Assembly: GCA_963782115.1 (NCBI GenBank) | Contig: CAWAIK010000003.1 | Coordinates: 1 to 64,000, forward strand | DNA from: an uncultured Verrucomicrobiae bacterium | Lineage (GTDB): Bacteria; Verrucomicrobiota; Verrucomicrobiia; Chthoniobacterales; JAFAMB01 | Direction of reading: 5' to 3' | DNA length: 64,000 nucleotides | Shown here: positions 36,487 through 46,402 of the stretch, piece after piece | Layout: the number at the start of each line of letters is the position of its first letter | Position numbering within the stretch: the stretch's first letter is position 1 | The notes under the pieces: generated by a model | What the model was told of the DNA's origin: nothing | The model's input: the letters and a program-made list of their open reading frames with translations, nothing else | The model's database searches: none | Program-made: the position numbers and the translations under genes

Positions 36487-37168
36487 AAACTACCTTTCTG
36501 ATCAAACCATCACTTTAATCGCGCAGCGACGATAATTAGATGTTTTGATTCCATATCAGGCTCGCTGATAAGACGCCTTCCTGCGTTTTCGCGGCGTTGT
36601 CTTCGGTATCGGTCTGGCAGCTGCCAGACTGTTACCGGCTTTGTTCGCTTAGCCGGGGAAACTAGCGCGGATAGCTCTTTTCGGATCGAATTGGCAATGA
36701 TAAGAAGCGCAAGCTTCCCGCTTTCGACCACCTCAACGAGCCCTATCTCGAACGGCTAGCGGCTGTCGGTGTAAAGCCTGAAGCGGTGGACTATGTCCTG
36801 CTCACCGATTTGCATACAGATCATGTCGATCCGGGTAAAAGTTATAATGGGCCTATAATTTGGGAAAAACTGTTGTCGGTCCAATTCGGATCTACTCCAG
36901 CGAGACAGAAATCTCACACAGATATGGAGACATCGAGCCATCTCGAATCCTTCCCCTGATCGTCGGGTAGTCCGAGGATTCAGAAACGAGTTTCTCCCAG
37001 ACATTTGAATCAAATGTAACTTTCATCAGTTTGCTCTTGCGCTCTGCTGATCACGAATTCTTTCGGGGCGGTCTGGTGGCCATGTATCTGACCGCTTGCC
37101 GGTTATTAAAAATATTTCTGTCCGGATGAGTTCGTGAAGCCTAACGTGTGTAAACTCTTGCCTCCCCT

Positions 37169-38278
37169 TTAGATTGAAAGGCGTGGTCCCATGCCGAGTT
37201 CATTGCGGTACCGGTTCTCCGTGTAAAGACGCTGGTGGCCGGTAGCGCGCACATCGAAGCCTGGCAGGCCGATGACCATCAGCTCGTTCTCGGTATGGTC
37301 GTCGGTAAAGATCTGGCGGCCACTCACGTAGTACCAGGCGTGAATGAGTTCGTGGAATAGGCCCACGTGAGCCGGACGCGAGCTTGCGCCAGACAATTCG
37401 TTCCAGGGATCGAACTCGACCGTGACCTTGGCGCCCGATCCATGGTCGAGCCAAGGCTCTAGGGCTAGGACGAGGTAGCGGAAGCCGCGGTCGCCGGCCG
37501 TAGGCAGCTCCTTCGAGCCGTCGAGCCAGGCCGTCACGACAACCTCGTTCACCTTGCCGAGCTTCGCGCCGCCGGCGTCGGCGGCGTCGCCGAGGGTTTT
37601 TGTGGGGATCAAGGGCCTTGGTAAGCCCCGGTCCAATCGAAGGCGCATCGCAATGTCCGATGTAATCGAAAAGTCAGCTTTTAAGCCACATGCCGTGAGA
37701 GCGGCTTTAATCCACGACATCCACTCGTTCATACCTGGATATGTATCGGGTTTATGGACGTCAGCCATGTCATCAGACAAAGGAGCCGTTACGCCCGTCG
37801 GTCAACGGGCGAGCGCCTCGGCGCACAGCCGGTCGATCATGGTGACCGCCGGAACAATGACGCGTTGGCTGCGTATGAACGACGCGATAGAACCCGCTCT
37901 GAGCTTCGACTTACGGGCTGCCTGCTGCAGCACTGGTAGGGGATTGGCGGCGGCGATCGGCTCGCGGAACGGATTGCCCAGCGCCTTGGAGGTGTTGGGC
38001 GATCCTCCGTTGCACTTCATGTAGGTGGCGACGAAAAGCTTGGGGAAGCGGACCTTCACGTCCTTGCCGGCCCTCCCAAGACTCGACAGTAAGGCCAACC
38101 CCACCTTAGTCGAGGCGATCTTGTCCAACAGCGCGATTACCTCATGAAGGTACTTGCCGCTAAAACCTCTCTTCGGGACGACCTTATGCTTCTTGGCGTC
38201 CGCCTTGTCAGCGGACGAGGCGATGGGGTCGTGTTCGATCAGAAGGTGCGGGAAGTTGCGGTACGGCGCGGTCGGCAT
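37169..38278 (-). pseudogene. M91/NleD-like zinc metalloprotease, about 369 codons with one in-frame TGA
   Basis: ORFs 37802-38323 and 37169-37780 are in the same frame; GLFHELIHAW, ENELMVIGL, YTENRYRNELG.GPR. Confidence 0.7.
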
Positions 38279-38476
38279 GGTGCGTCCAGGGGTGGTTTCG
38301 TTTGCAGTTAAATCATGGAGCAACCCAAGGGCTTTGTATGGCTCCCAAATTCATTGCTAAATCATTAAAATCCTGAAGCAAATGTGGGCTGGATTGCGCT
38401 ACAATTCAAAGCCCAATCTGACATTGGTGCATCCTTTCTTTTGGCGTTCCTGCGTTACAGAATCCATCTCGATGCA

Positions 38477-38726
38477 TGTCGATTGTAGGTAAATGCAAAA
38501 ACATCGTTCTTGACAGGGAGCCTCTGAGACCGAGTGGCAAGAGGCGTGTCGACGCGAAGCGGCGATCCGTCATTGATTGAATCTGGGCCAGTCAGTCACG
38601 CACGAGCCGATGTGGTTGCTGAGATCTGGGCATCAGCCGCGCCAAAAGATCGCAAATGGTCTACGATTTAAATGCAAAAATCTGACCTCAAAATGTGCCA
38701 GTCTACGAAATTAGCTGCAATCGACA
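38477..38726. mobile_element. 250-bp non-autonomous element with TGTCGATTG..CAATCGACA ends
   Basis: Inverted termini at 38477 and 38726; internal GTCTACGA sites at 38659 and 38701. Confidence 0.55.
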
Positions 38727-38769
38727 GTGATTAAGGGCAGCAAAAATGTCGAAATCCGCCCATTAAGAG

Positions 38770-38915
38770 CAATTTTCAGGGTCGCGAGTGCAAATTCCAC
38801 TAATAAAGGGCATCGCGACAGCAGTGTTTGGAATAGGACCGGCGACCCAGATCTACCTGGCGGTGGGAGCCACCGATATGCGAAAACGCTTTGAAGGGTG
38901 GAACGAGTTCGATAT
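38770..38915 (+). ncRNA. Candidate structured RNA upstream of the RT
   Basis: Stems GTCGCGA(G)TGC/GCATCGCGAC, CCAG/CTGG, CGGTGG/CCACCG, GCG-AAAA-CGC; long-range TTCCAC/GTGGAA. Confidence 0.35.
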
Positions 38916-38930
38916 TAAAGGTTGTTGGGG

Positions 38931-40696
38931 ATGACCCAATCTGAATATCATGTGAACCTGTCGCGTCCGGGCATTCTTGCGGTGAGAGCGGTTAACCAGT
39001 ATCGCCGCAGAGACGTGCTGCCTTATCTCGGCCTTAGATACTATTTGTACAACAGCGCGGCAAGAGCGGACGCCTGGGCCCGGTACGTGGCAACCCATCT
39101 CGTTTTGACGCGGGGAGCGCCTCCGTACTTCCGAGCATATCATTTCAAAGAAATTGGAAAGACCAAAAGCGTCGAACACAGGCCGCTCCTTCTGCCAGGT
39201 CCGAATGAGGCCCTCGCCGAAGCTGCCTTGCTTGAGGAGTGCTCGAAGTGCCCAGGCGCATTCGCGAATCCGACTTGCGTATTTAGTTATGGTTTGAGTC
39301 GTGGAAAGGTACGTGCCGGAGTCTTCGAGCATTATTTTATCGGACTGCGAGATCGCCAAACAGCTGTTGCTAAAGCCTGCGACGATTGTCCGAGTGGCGT
39401 GGTTCAGTACACCGACATTCAACGGTTTTATCCATCGATTCAGTCAACTCTTGTCCTGCAAGCTTGGCAGCAGCAAGCAGAAATGGAAAAGCTCTCGCCC
39501 GCTTTTCGCACTTTGGGCGAAAAACTGATTGATAGCCATGCGAATGCTGCCCGTGACAACGAGGCTGGGATTTTGACCGGACCAATGTTCAGTCATCTTT
39601 TGGGAAACCTCGTTCTGAGGACGTTGGATGAATATTTTTCCAAAAATCTGTCTGCGAAGTACTTTCGTTATGTTGATGACATAATTTTTGTTGGCGAATC
39701 GACTGCGGTGCACAGTGCGCATAGCGAGGCCAAAGCGCGACTATTAGAACTAGGTTTTAAACTTCATGATCAGGACTCCGACAAACACCTGGAGTAGCCG
39801 CAGAAGAGTGGCTCAGAGCGCGAAATGATTATCATGAAGGAGGGCGGGGAATTTCCTGGAAATCCCTGATTGGCGACCTGAAGCGATTTCTTTTATTAAA
39901 TCCGAAAAGACGCGAAGAGCTTCAAAGCGCATTCCGTCAGGAAGGCTTTCGCCTCCCGGTCCATGACTATTCCTCTGCGGCCCATGAAGCAGGATTCTTA
40001 GATAGAATTCGGATTTTTGCTGCTCAGTCGTGGTTTCGGCGAAAAAGTCAGACCGTTTCTATCAAGACTCTGCTCAGTCAGGCAAGGTGGCTCCGGAAAC
40101 GCTACGAGGAGCAGTTTCACAGAGACTTAGATAAAGTTGCCAATGTTAGCCCGTTCGGTCGCAAACGGCTGACGCCTAAACTGCGCTACCGTGCTAGTCG
40201 CTTAATCTATCTGGCGAATGACGATGTTTTGGCCTCACTTTCTCATTATGCGCGGGAGGTCCCTGAACTCTTCTTTCACTCGAAGGTAATGGCAGGAATT
40301 GCATCCCGAAACATTGACCAACTTCTTGGGTTGGGTACAAATGCTGGGCAGGCTGCGGCGCAGCCCCTGAGAGCGTCCGGCGAGCGTGTCGCGATGACTC
40401 GATCAGACCTCTCGGAGCCAGAAGAGCAGTCGCTTGCGGTTTTTTTGCTCAATGGGGTGCCAGTGACACGAGGTAATCGGGGAAGCAGTGGCATGTCCGA
40501 GCTGATGCGATTCACGACCGTAGGCGCGGATAGGGCGCTGACGAAGAGCATCAATCCTTTCATTCGGGAAATTGCCTGCCTTCACGGTCTCGCAGGAAAG
40601 CCCCGCCACCCGGAGGTTCTCGAATCCGTCTTCGACGTGGATGAAGATCTAGCAATGGACGCAATTGATCAACTCCAACAGTCCGCTTCTCCTTGA
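38931..40696 (+). CDS. Reverse transcriptase, UG/Abi (DRT-like) type, about 588 aa, with a 1-nt frameshift near 39794
   Basis: YTDIQRFYPSI, GILTGPMFSHLLGN, YFRYVDD, GFKLH; the -1 frame from 39794 is stop-free to 40696. Confidence 0.88.
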
Positions 40697-40763
40697 GGGC
40701 TACGCGGTGACAGTGAGCGTTTAAGCGTGACGTAATCTCTTTTACCTGGATACTTAGACCGGA

Positions 40764-40860
40764 TGTTGTGTTCAATTAAAACGTAGACTAGGCCTCGATG
40801 ATTTCTCCTCTGAGTCTACGATTTAATTGGAGAAAGTTTTTACAGTTAATCGTTGACTTA
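40764..40860 (+). repeat. Transposon-like end with three repeated binding sites
   Basis: About 97 bp; inverted imperfect copy of 45941-46037. Confidence 0.8.
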
Positions 40861-40984
40861 ATTCGCAAAGCGACTTCCTTTTCCGTTGCGATACTATAGC
40901 ACATAATGCAGAGCTGTTTTAGACCAGCGACGCGGCGGAAGTGGCTTGGAGAGCAGTCGGAGGGTGATCGCCGCGACGGTGATC

Positions 40985-41750
40985 TAAAACTGGGTTGGAC
41001 TAAGCCGTTGCCCAGCGCGTGGCCTATGGGTATTGATTGTTGGCCGGTTTTCGGGCGAGGGGCCCCTGGAGTCGGAAGTGAGCGCGTGGGATTGCTTTGT
41101 AGGATCGCGGTGCCTGGAGTGACCTATGAAGGTGTAGGGGTAATGAGATCTGTGCCTCAGATTTTCTTCGGGATGAGCCGTTTGGCAACGTTGCTCCTGT
41201 CGCTCGGTTCGGCCAAGCTTGTGCAACACGGTTGGATCTCGATGCAAAAGCAGTCCTCTTCATCATGAAGTATCCTTGATCGGGGTTACCTGCCTGTGCG
41301 GGCCTGGCGCCAAGATCTCAATCACCAGCATGCGACCTTGGTGACAGACTGGGCATTCCCATAACGAAGAGCCGGTGAGTTGTTCATAACGATCACGATA
41401 GTCTTTGCTGAGCTCTGAAGCCGGTGGTTCCGGCGCCGGCATTTCGTCTTTTGCTGGGCGTCATGACGATAATCCTTGTAACGAAAGCTCACCTTGCCCT
41501 CCGCGATGTCCAACAAACGATTGTTAGAGATCGCCACGCGATGAGTATAGCGCCCGACGTAGTCCAACACCTGCTCGGGCCCGGCGAAAGGCCGCTTGGC
41601 GTAGACCACCCATTCGGTCGCGCGGGTCGGAGCCAGGTAATCCAGGAATGGGGACCGATCCCGGAGCGATTCTAGCGAAGAGAAAAACTCCAGTTTACCG
41701 GCGTCATAAGCTTTGACCAATTGTTCCAGGAACAGACGGCGAAACAAACG
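40985..41750 (-). mobile_element. IS91-family (Y2) transposase 3' remnant with end sequence
   Basis: WVVYAKRPFAGPEQVLDYVGRYTHRVAISNNRLL; frameshifted CPVCHQGRM tail; GGCTTAGTCCAACCC near 41000. Confidence 0.85.
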
Positions 41751-41751
41751 G

Positions 41752-42524
41752 GAACTCGCGACCGTGCGACCGTTCCATGTGGCTGCATGGATCGAGGACT
41801 TTCCCAGGGTCCAAACCGACCATTAAGCAAAAGCTCGCTGCGGTGCGGATGCTGTACGATTTTCTGGTCGTTCGGCAAATTACACCATCGAATCCGGCAC
41901 ATTCCGTTCGCGGTCCAAAGTATGTGGTGAAAAAAGGCAAGACGCCCGTCTGGAGTCGCGAAGATGCCAAGACGCTGCTGGATTCAATCCCAAAGGATTC
42001 GGTGTCCGGATTACGAGACCTGGCGCTCATTGCCGCGATGTTCTACAGCTTCGCCCGTGTCAGCGCGGTACTGAAACTCAAAGTCACGATTACTATCATA
42101 ACGGCGCGCCGGAGGCTGAGACTCCACGAAAAAGGCGGGAAGGAGCACGAAATGCCGGTGCATCACCTTCTCGAGCAAATATTGGACGAGTACGTTGCCG
42201 CCGCGGGCCTTCAGAGCGGTCAACCGCTGTTCCAGAGCGTTATTCCAGAGCGTTAATTCGGTTGGAACGGAGGTAACGGGGCGCGCTTTGAATCGGTACA
42301 ATGCCTGGGCTGCAATTCGGAAGCGGGCCAAGGCAGCAGGTTTTCTTACCCCCGTCGGATGTCACACCTGGCGGGCAACTGGCGTCACTATTTACCTGGA
42401 GAACGACGGACGGCTCGAGCACGCCCAACAGATGGCCGGCCATGAGTCTCCACGAACAACCAAACTGTACGACCGGACAAAGGACGAGATTACACTGAGC
42501 GAGGTGGAGCGAATCCGATTGTGA
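41752..42524 (+). pseudogene. Tyrosine recombinase, N-truncated and frameshifted (copy 1)
   Basis: RDLALI..FARVS, EKGGKEH, HTWR, MAGHESPRTTKLY; 13-bp tandem duplication at 42230-42255. Confidence 0.9.
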
Positions 42525-42614
42525 AAGAGATCAAAGCGTGATTACAGCAGCGGGATTTGAAGTCCTCGCCGGGTTTGCGGATAGCTCCGGCCGAAGGCAC
42601 GGGGGAACATTCCC

Positions 42615-42989
42615 TTAGTTGTGATAGAATTGAGCAATAACGCTATATATCCGTGGATTTGCCTTGTCAAAATCATACTTGGCCATGAGAACCTCTGCCT
42701 CGGTATGATAGATGGGATTCTTAAGAATTTTGCATGCTGCCTCCATCTTTTTGATGTCGCCAGCAACATCAATCCCCGCGCTTTTGAGGTTTTTAAGGGC
42801 AGCAGCTACCTCTACCTCTTGTGCGTTGTTTTGAACTGTCACCGCTAAGACCGGCAGACTAGTGGCGTCTTCCAGCCCTTGGATATACTCAAAGAGGCGC
42901 TTCGAATTATCGGCGACCAACTGGGCTCTTTGGGAACACTCGGCTGCCGGGCCTTGCGGGCGTTCGGGCCCAACAAAATCGGCAGCCAC
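42615..42989 (-). CDS. Hypothetical helical protein
   Basis: 124-aa ORF with no recognised motif. Confidence 0.4.
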   Translation of the reverse strand: MAADFVGPERPQGPAAECSQRAQLVADNSKRLFEYIQGLEDATSLPVLAVTVQNNAQEVEVAAALKNLKSAGIDVAGDIKKMEAACKILKNPIYHTEAEVLMAKYDFDKANPRIYSVIAQFYHN

Positions 42990-43473
42990 AAAAAAGGTCT
43001 CGATCTGACCGGCCGGCCGGACTGGATGTGCGAACGTCCGCTTTATTCTTTATTCAAGCTTACACTGCCAGAGACACAATCCTTGCCCGAGAGTGATTAG
43101 AGTTTCGTAAGAGATTCATGAAACGCTTAGATACCCCCGATCTTTTAAAAAGAAGAGTTTTTTGTCAGACCGCCCTTTGAAACTAAACGGTGAATCACGC
43201 ATTTAGGAGTAAAAAAGTAATCGCCAAAATCCGGGCGTTTATCGTTCGCGGTTTAAATCGTAGACAGCCCCGATTCTCTGGAATTTAGCCGGCGCACAAG
43301 AATGATCATCAGCAATAAGCGCCAATACCAGGACATCGTTTCCATTCGCGTCCCTGGACGCTGCCGGTCCGAAAAGGTAACGACGCCACTGTGGATCTGC
43401 ATCGACAATTCGTAAGAAGGGCGGCACCCGGTCGCCTACCCCCGACTTCTGACGCTCTCCCATCATAGGGGAA

Positions 43474-45270
43474 TCAAAGCTTGTCCTCCGTATAGAGCGA
43501 CAGCTCGATCATGCGCTCGAGAAGCTGATCCCCGGGAACGCCGCTAAAATTTCGCAGCACGAGCTCCTTGACATAGAGCCTTACGAGATAGCGCAGTTTG
43601 AGCGCCTGGGTACGCGAGGCGAACACGAAATCGCGATGGCCGTTGTTCACGACGATCACGTTGCGCGTCGCATCGAAGCGGGAGCGCCATAATTCGCCGG
43701 ACGCGCGCTCGAAGGTATATCCGGGAAGACCGCGTGCATCGATCACCCCTGAACCAGTGGAGGGGACGAGGCTGTCGGTCACAGTAATGAGCGCTTCCGC
43801 GGAACAGGTGACATCGCGCTGCCTCACGGTGGCGCGCAATCGCACGAGTCCAGGCGTCGCCGGTGCCTGAAAACTGATCTCCTGATCGTGCTCACTCGCG
43901 AGGGTGCCCCCACCTTCGATGATTTCCCAGCGGAATTGCAGGTCGTCTGTCACTCGGCGTCTGGACCGATCGCGCGGCAGCGCTTTGAAACAGCGGGAGG
44001 CGTTCACGGCAATCGTGCTCGCCGCGGGCGAGACAACGACACTGAAGAGCGGTCCTGCGTGCTCGAAGAACTGGCGCTGTGGCTCTGCCGCGGGCTCCGG
44101 TTCGCCCGCGCCCAGCACTTGATCCTCCGGCAAAGCCCCGAGCGCTTTGCCGTTCTCGCCCGAACGAAGCGCCTCGCTCCGCCGGCCTGAGCGCGCGTGC
44201 ACGTCGAACCAGTCGTACTCCTCCGGCGGCAGGGCCAGCAGTGCCTCGCGAAAGGCGCGCTGAATGGCGCGCATGAGCTCCTGGCTCGCCTGCTCCTCCT
44301 CCGCGCGTTGCTGCTCGGCAATCAGCGCATTCAGATGTTCCTCAAGCGGCCGCAGGGCCTCGCACAGCGCCGCATAGCGCTCATCGTGGATGATGCCACT
44401 GCGCGTGCCCGGCATGACGTTCAGAAAGGGCACATCGATGAGGCCCTCGAGATAGCTCGACGTCCAGGGAACATGTTCGAGACCTGGAAGAGAGCCGAGC
44501 ACCTCGACCACACGCGTGCCGGAGCGGTACAGCGCAACGCGCGAGGACTCCGCGGGCTCGGTCACATATAGTTCCACATAGGCATCGCCGTACGAGGTGC
44601 GGACCGACGGCAGCTGATGCAGAAGGCGACCATCGAACTGTCGCGGCTCGACCTCGAGTTGTTTGCGCGCCAGCTTATCGATGACGCTGATGCGCACTCC
44701 GGAGCTGCGAATACGATCGCGCAGCTCCGAGGATAGATACCACTGGATCTTTTCCCCGCTCAGTGTACGAATGCCTTCGAGGAGCGGCGAGATGCGAACC
44801 TCTGTGCCGCGCTCGGCGAACAGCACGCGCCGGGGGCTCATCTCGTAGCTGGGATCCCCCTTGTTCATGGTCATCTGGTAGGCGCGCTGGTCGCTGCCGG
44901 TGGAGGTCATGACGAGCCGCTCGCCAACCGTCCAGAAGCTCAGTAAGCCAATGCCAAACTCGCCCTGGATCCCCGCTCCCGTCCCCTGGGACCTCAGACG
45001 ACGCTTCACCGAATCGCAGATGTGCGTGGCGACGTAGCGGAAATCGGGAATGCCGTTAGCATCGCGCGGAACGCCATCGCCATCGTCGCGGATGGCGAGA
45101 TAGTGTTCGCCGTGCTCCCGACCACGCGTGATCGTGATCTTTCGCGCGTGCGCGTCGATGCCGTTCTCGACGAGCTCGGCAATAGCTTTCAGCGGGTTGC
45201 TCTGCGACAGGGCGATGATCCGGATTGCGTTCCAGTCATCGCCGATTCGCAGCTTACCCTTCGCTTCCAT
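43474..45270 (-). CDS. GHKL (Hsp90/MORC-like) ATPase with coiled coil and Ig-like C-terminal segment
   Basis: 598 aa intact; AIAELVENGIDA, DDGDGV, GEFGIGLLSF; beta-rich VVVSPAASTI..FRWEIIEGGG segment. Confidence 0.8.
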   Translation of the reverse strand: MEAKGKLRIGDDWNAIRIIALSQSNPLKAIAELVENGIDAHARKITITRGREHGEHYLAIRDDGDGVPRDANGIPDFRYVATHICDSVKRRLRSQGTGAGIQGEFGIGLLSFWTVGERLVMTSTGSDQRAYQMTMNKGDPSYEMSPRRVLFAERGTEVRISPLLEGIRTLSGEKIQWYLSSELRDRIRSSGVRISVIDKLARKQLEVEPRQFDGRLLHQLPSVRTSYGDAYVELYVTEPAESSRVALYRSGTRVVEVLGSLPGLEHVPWTSSYLEGLIDVPFLNVMPGTRSGIIHDERYAALCEALRPLEEHLNALIAEQQRAEEEQASQELMRAIQRAFREALLALPPEEYDWFDVHARSGRRSEALRSGENGKALGALPEDQVLGAGEPEPAAEPQRQFFEHAGPLFSVVVSPAASTIAVNASRCFKALPRDRSRRRVTDDLQFRWEIIEGGGTLASEHDQEISFQAPATPGLVRLRATVRQRDVTCSAEALITVTDSLVPSTGSGVIDARGLPGYTFERASGELWRSRFDATRNVIVVNNGHRDFVFASRTQALKLRYLVRLYVKELVLRNFSGVPGDQLLERMIELSLYTEDKL

Positions 45271-45496
45271 GGAGTTGAAAGAGGTGTTGAAATGAGTGAG
45301 GGAGCAGGCCGAAGGCTGCTGCCCTTATGACTACAACATCGAAAAGCTATGCGGATTACGTCGTCTTCGTCGAATCAAAAGCGAAAACGTACTTCGCCGC
45401 GCTCTGCGTGACCATCAGCGCGCAGAGTTACGCTGCATCCGTGCCGGTGATCGCCGCGCCCGCGGCTCCCACTCCGACGCGGTTGAAACCCGGGAA

Positions 45497-45675
45497 GAAG
45501 GGCGAACTTGGGAGGGGCTTCAGGGCGCCGTCGCTCCCGAGGCTGTACCCCAGACGGTGTTGTCGGACTCGTTTGCCACATAGCCGAACTTGCGCCTAGG
45601 ATCCACCGCCACTGAACGGGCGTAGAGGCCTGCCGCGAAGGGCGAACTTGGGAGGGGCGTCAGGGCACCGTTGCT
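45497..45675 (+). repeat. Two 39-bp direct repeats, 140 bp apart
   Basis: GAAGGGCGAACTTGGGAGGGGC(T/G)TCAGGGC(G/A)CCGT(C/T)GCT at 45497 and 45637. Confidence 0.85.
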
Positions 45676-45940
45676 ACCATTTTCGACTCATATTTTTTCA
45701 ACTAAATCGTACACTGAGCTCCGTTGTTTCAGTTAAATCGTAGACTGTTTGATCTCCTCCTCTGAATGGGATGACGCACGGTCTGAAAGCCGGACATTCG
45801 TTGACCAGCAGCCTGACGAGAAGCTTGGGCCGACAATCCCCTTCCCGACTCTGCTGTCGCAGCGCGATGTCAGGAACGAGGAGTTTTCATTTAAATCTGC
45901 GACCAAATTGACGCTACAAATGGTCTACGCATTAAATGAA

Positions 45941-46037
45941 AAGTCCACGATTTAACTGAAAAAACCCTTTTCAATTAAATCGTAGACTCCGAGGAGAAAT
46001 CCCCGACGGCCAGTCTACTTTTTAACTGAAATCGACA
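45941..46037 (-). repeat. Transposon-like end (TGTCGATTTCAGTTAAAAAGTAGAC..)
   Basis: Inverted partner of 40764-40860; extra partial sites at about 45700-45750 and 45920. Confidence 0.8.
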
Positions 46038-46402
46038 CCGAAGCCTCGTTGTCATCGCGAGCTTGCTGCCTGCCGCGGAATGCTCTGCCTCATCCGCACT
46101 TTTGTTTTAGAACAGTACGTGCTGGACTCCATTAGGAAAGCGGCGCATAGACATCAAGGTCCAAATCACGGTGAAGTCCGCAGGCGGGGTGAAGTGGCGG
46201 TGGTCAACGAAGTCGCGTGCCTAGAGCATGTTAGTTAACACCCTTCTTCGACTGACCATGTGCGCGCGCAAGGCTCATGACTTTAAACAGCCTCATTCCG
46301 GTAGCAGCCGATCTTCGAGCTGCGCTTTCTGAATTGCTTACTCCGAATAAAGACTGCATTTTCGGTTGATAGAACTTTAAGGCCACGAAAATCCTCGTCG
46401 TT

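Noticed and set aside
38727..40696. Retron, group II intron or DGR interpretation of the RT
   Set aside because: No NAxxH/VTG motifs or clear a1/a2 repeats; no intron domain V or maturase signature; no TR/VR pair or avd seen.
45497..45675. CRISPR mini-array
   Set aside because: Only two repeats, a 101-bp spacer and no cas genes in the window.
40764..46037. AATCGTAGAC repeats as a CRISPR array or integron attC sites
   Set aside because: Mixed orientation and irregular spacing; no RYYYAAC/GTTRRRY cores; the recombinases lack an obvious IntI insertion.
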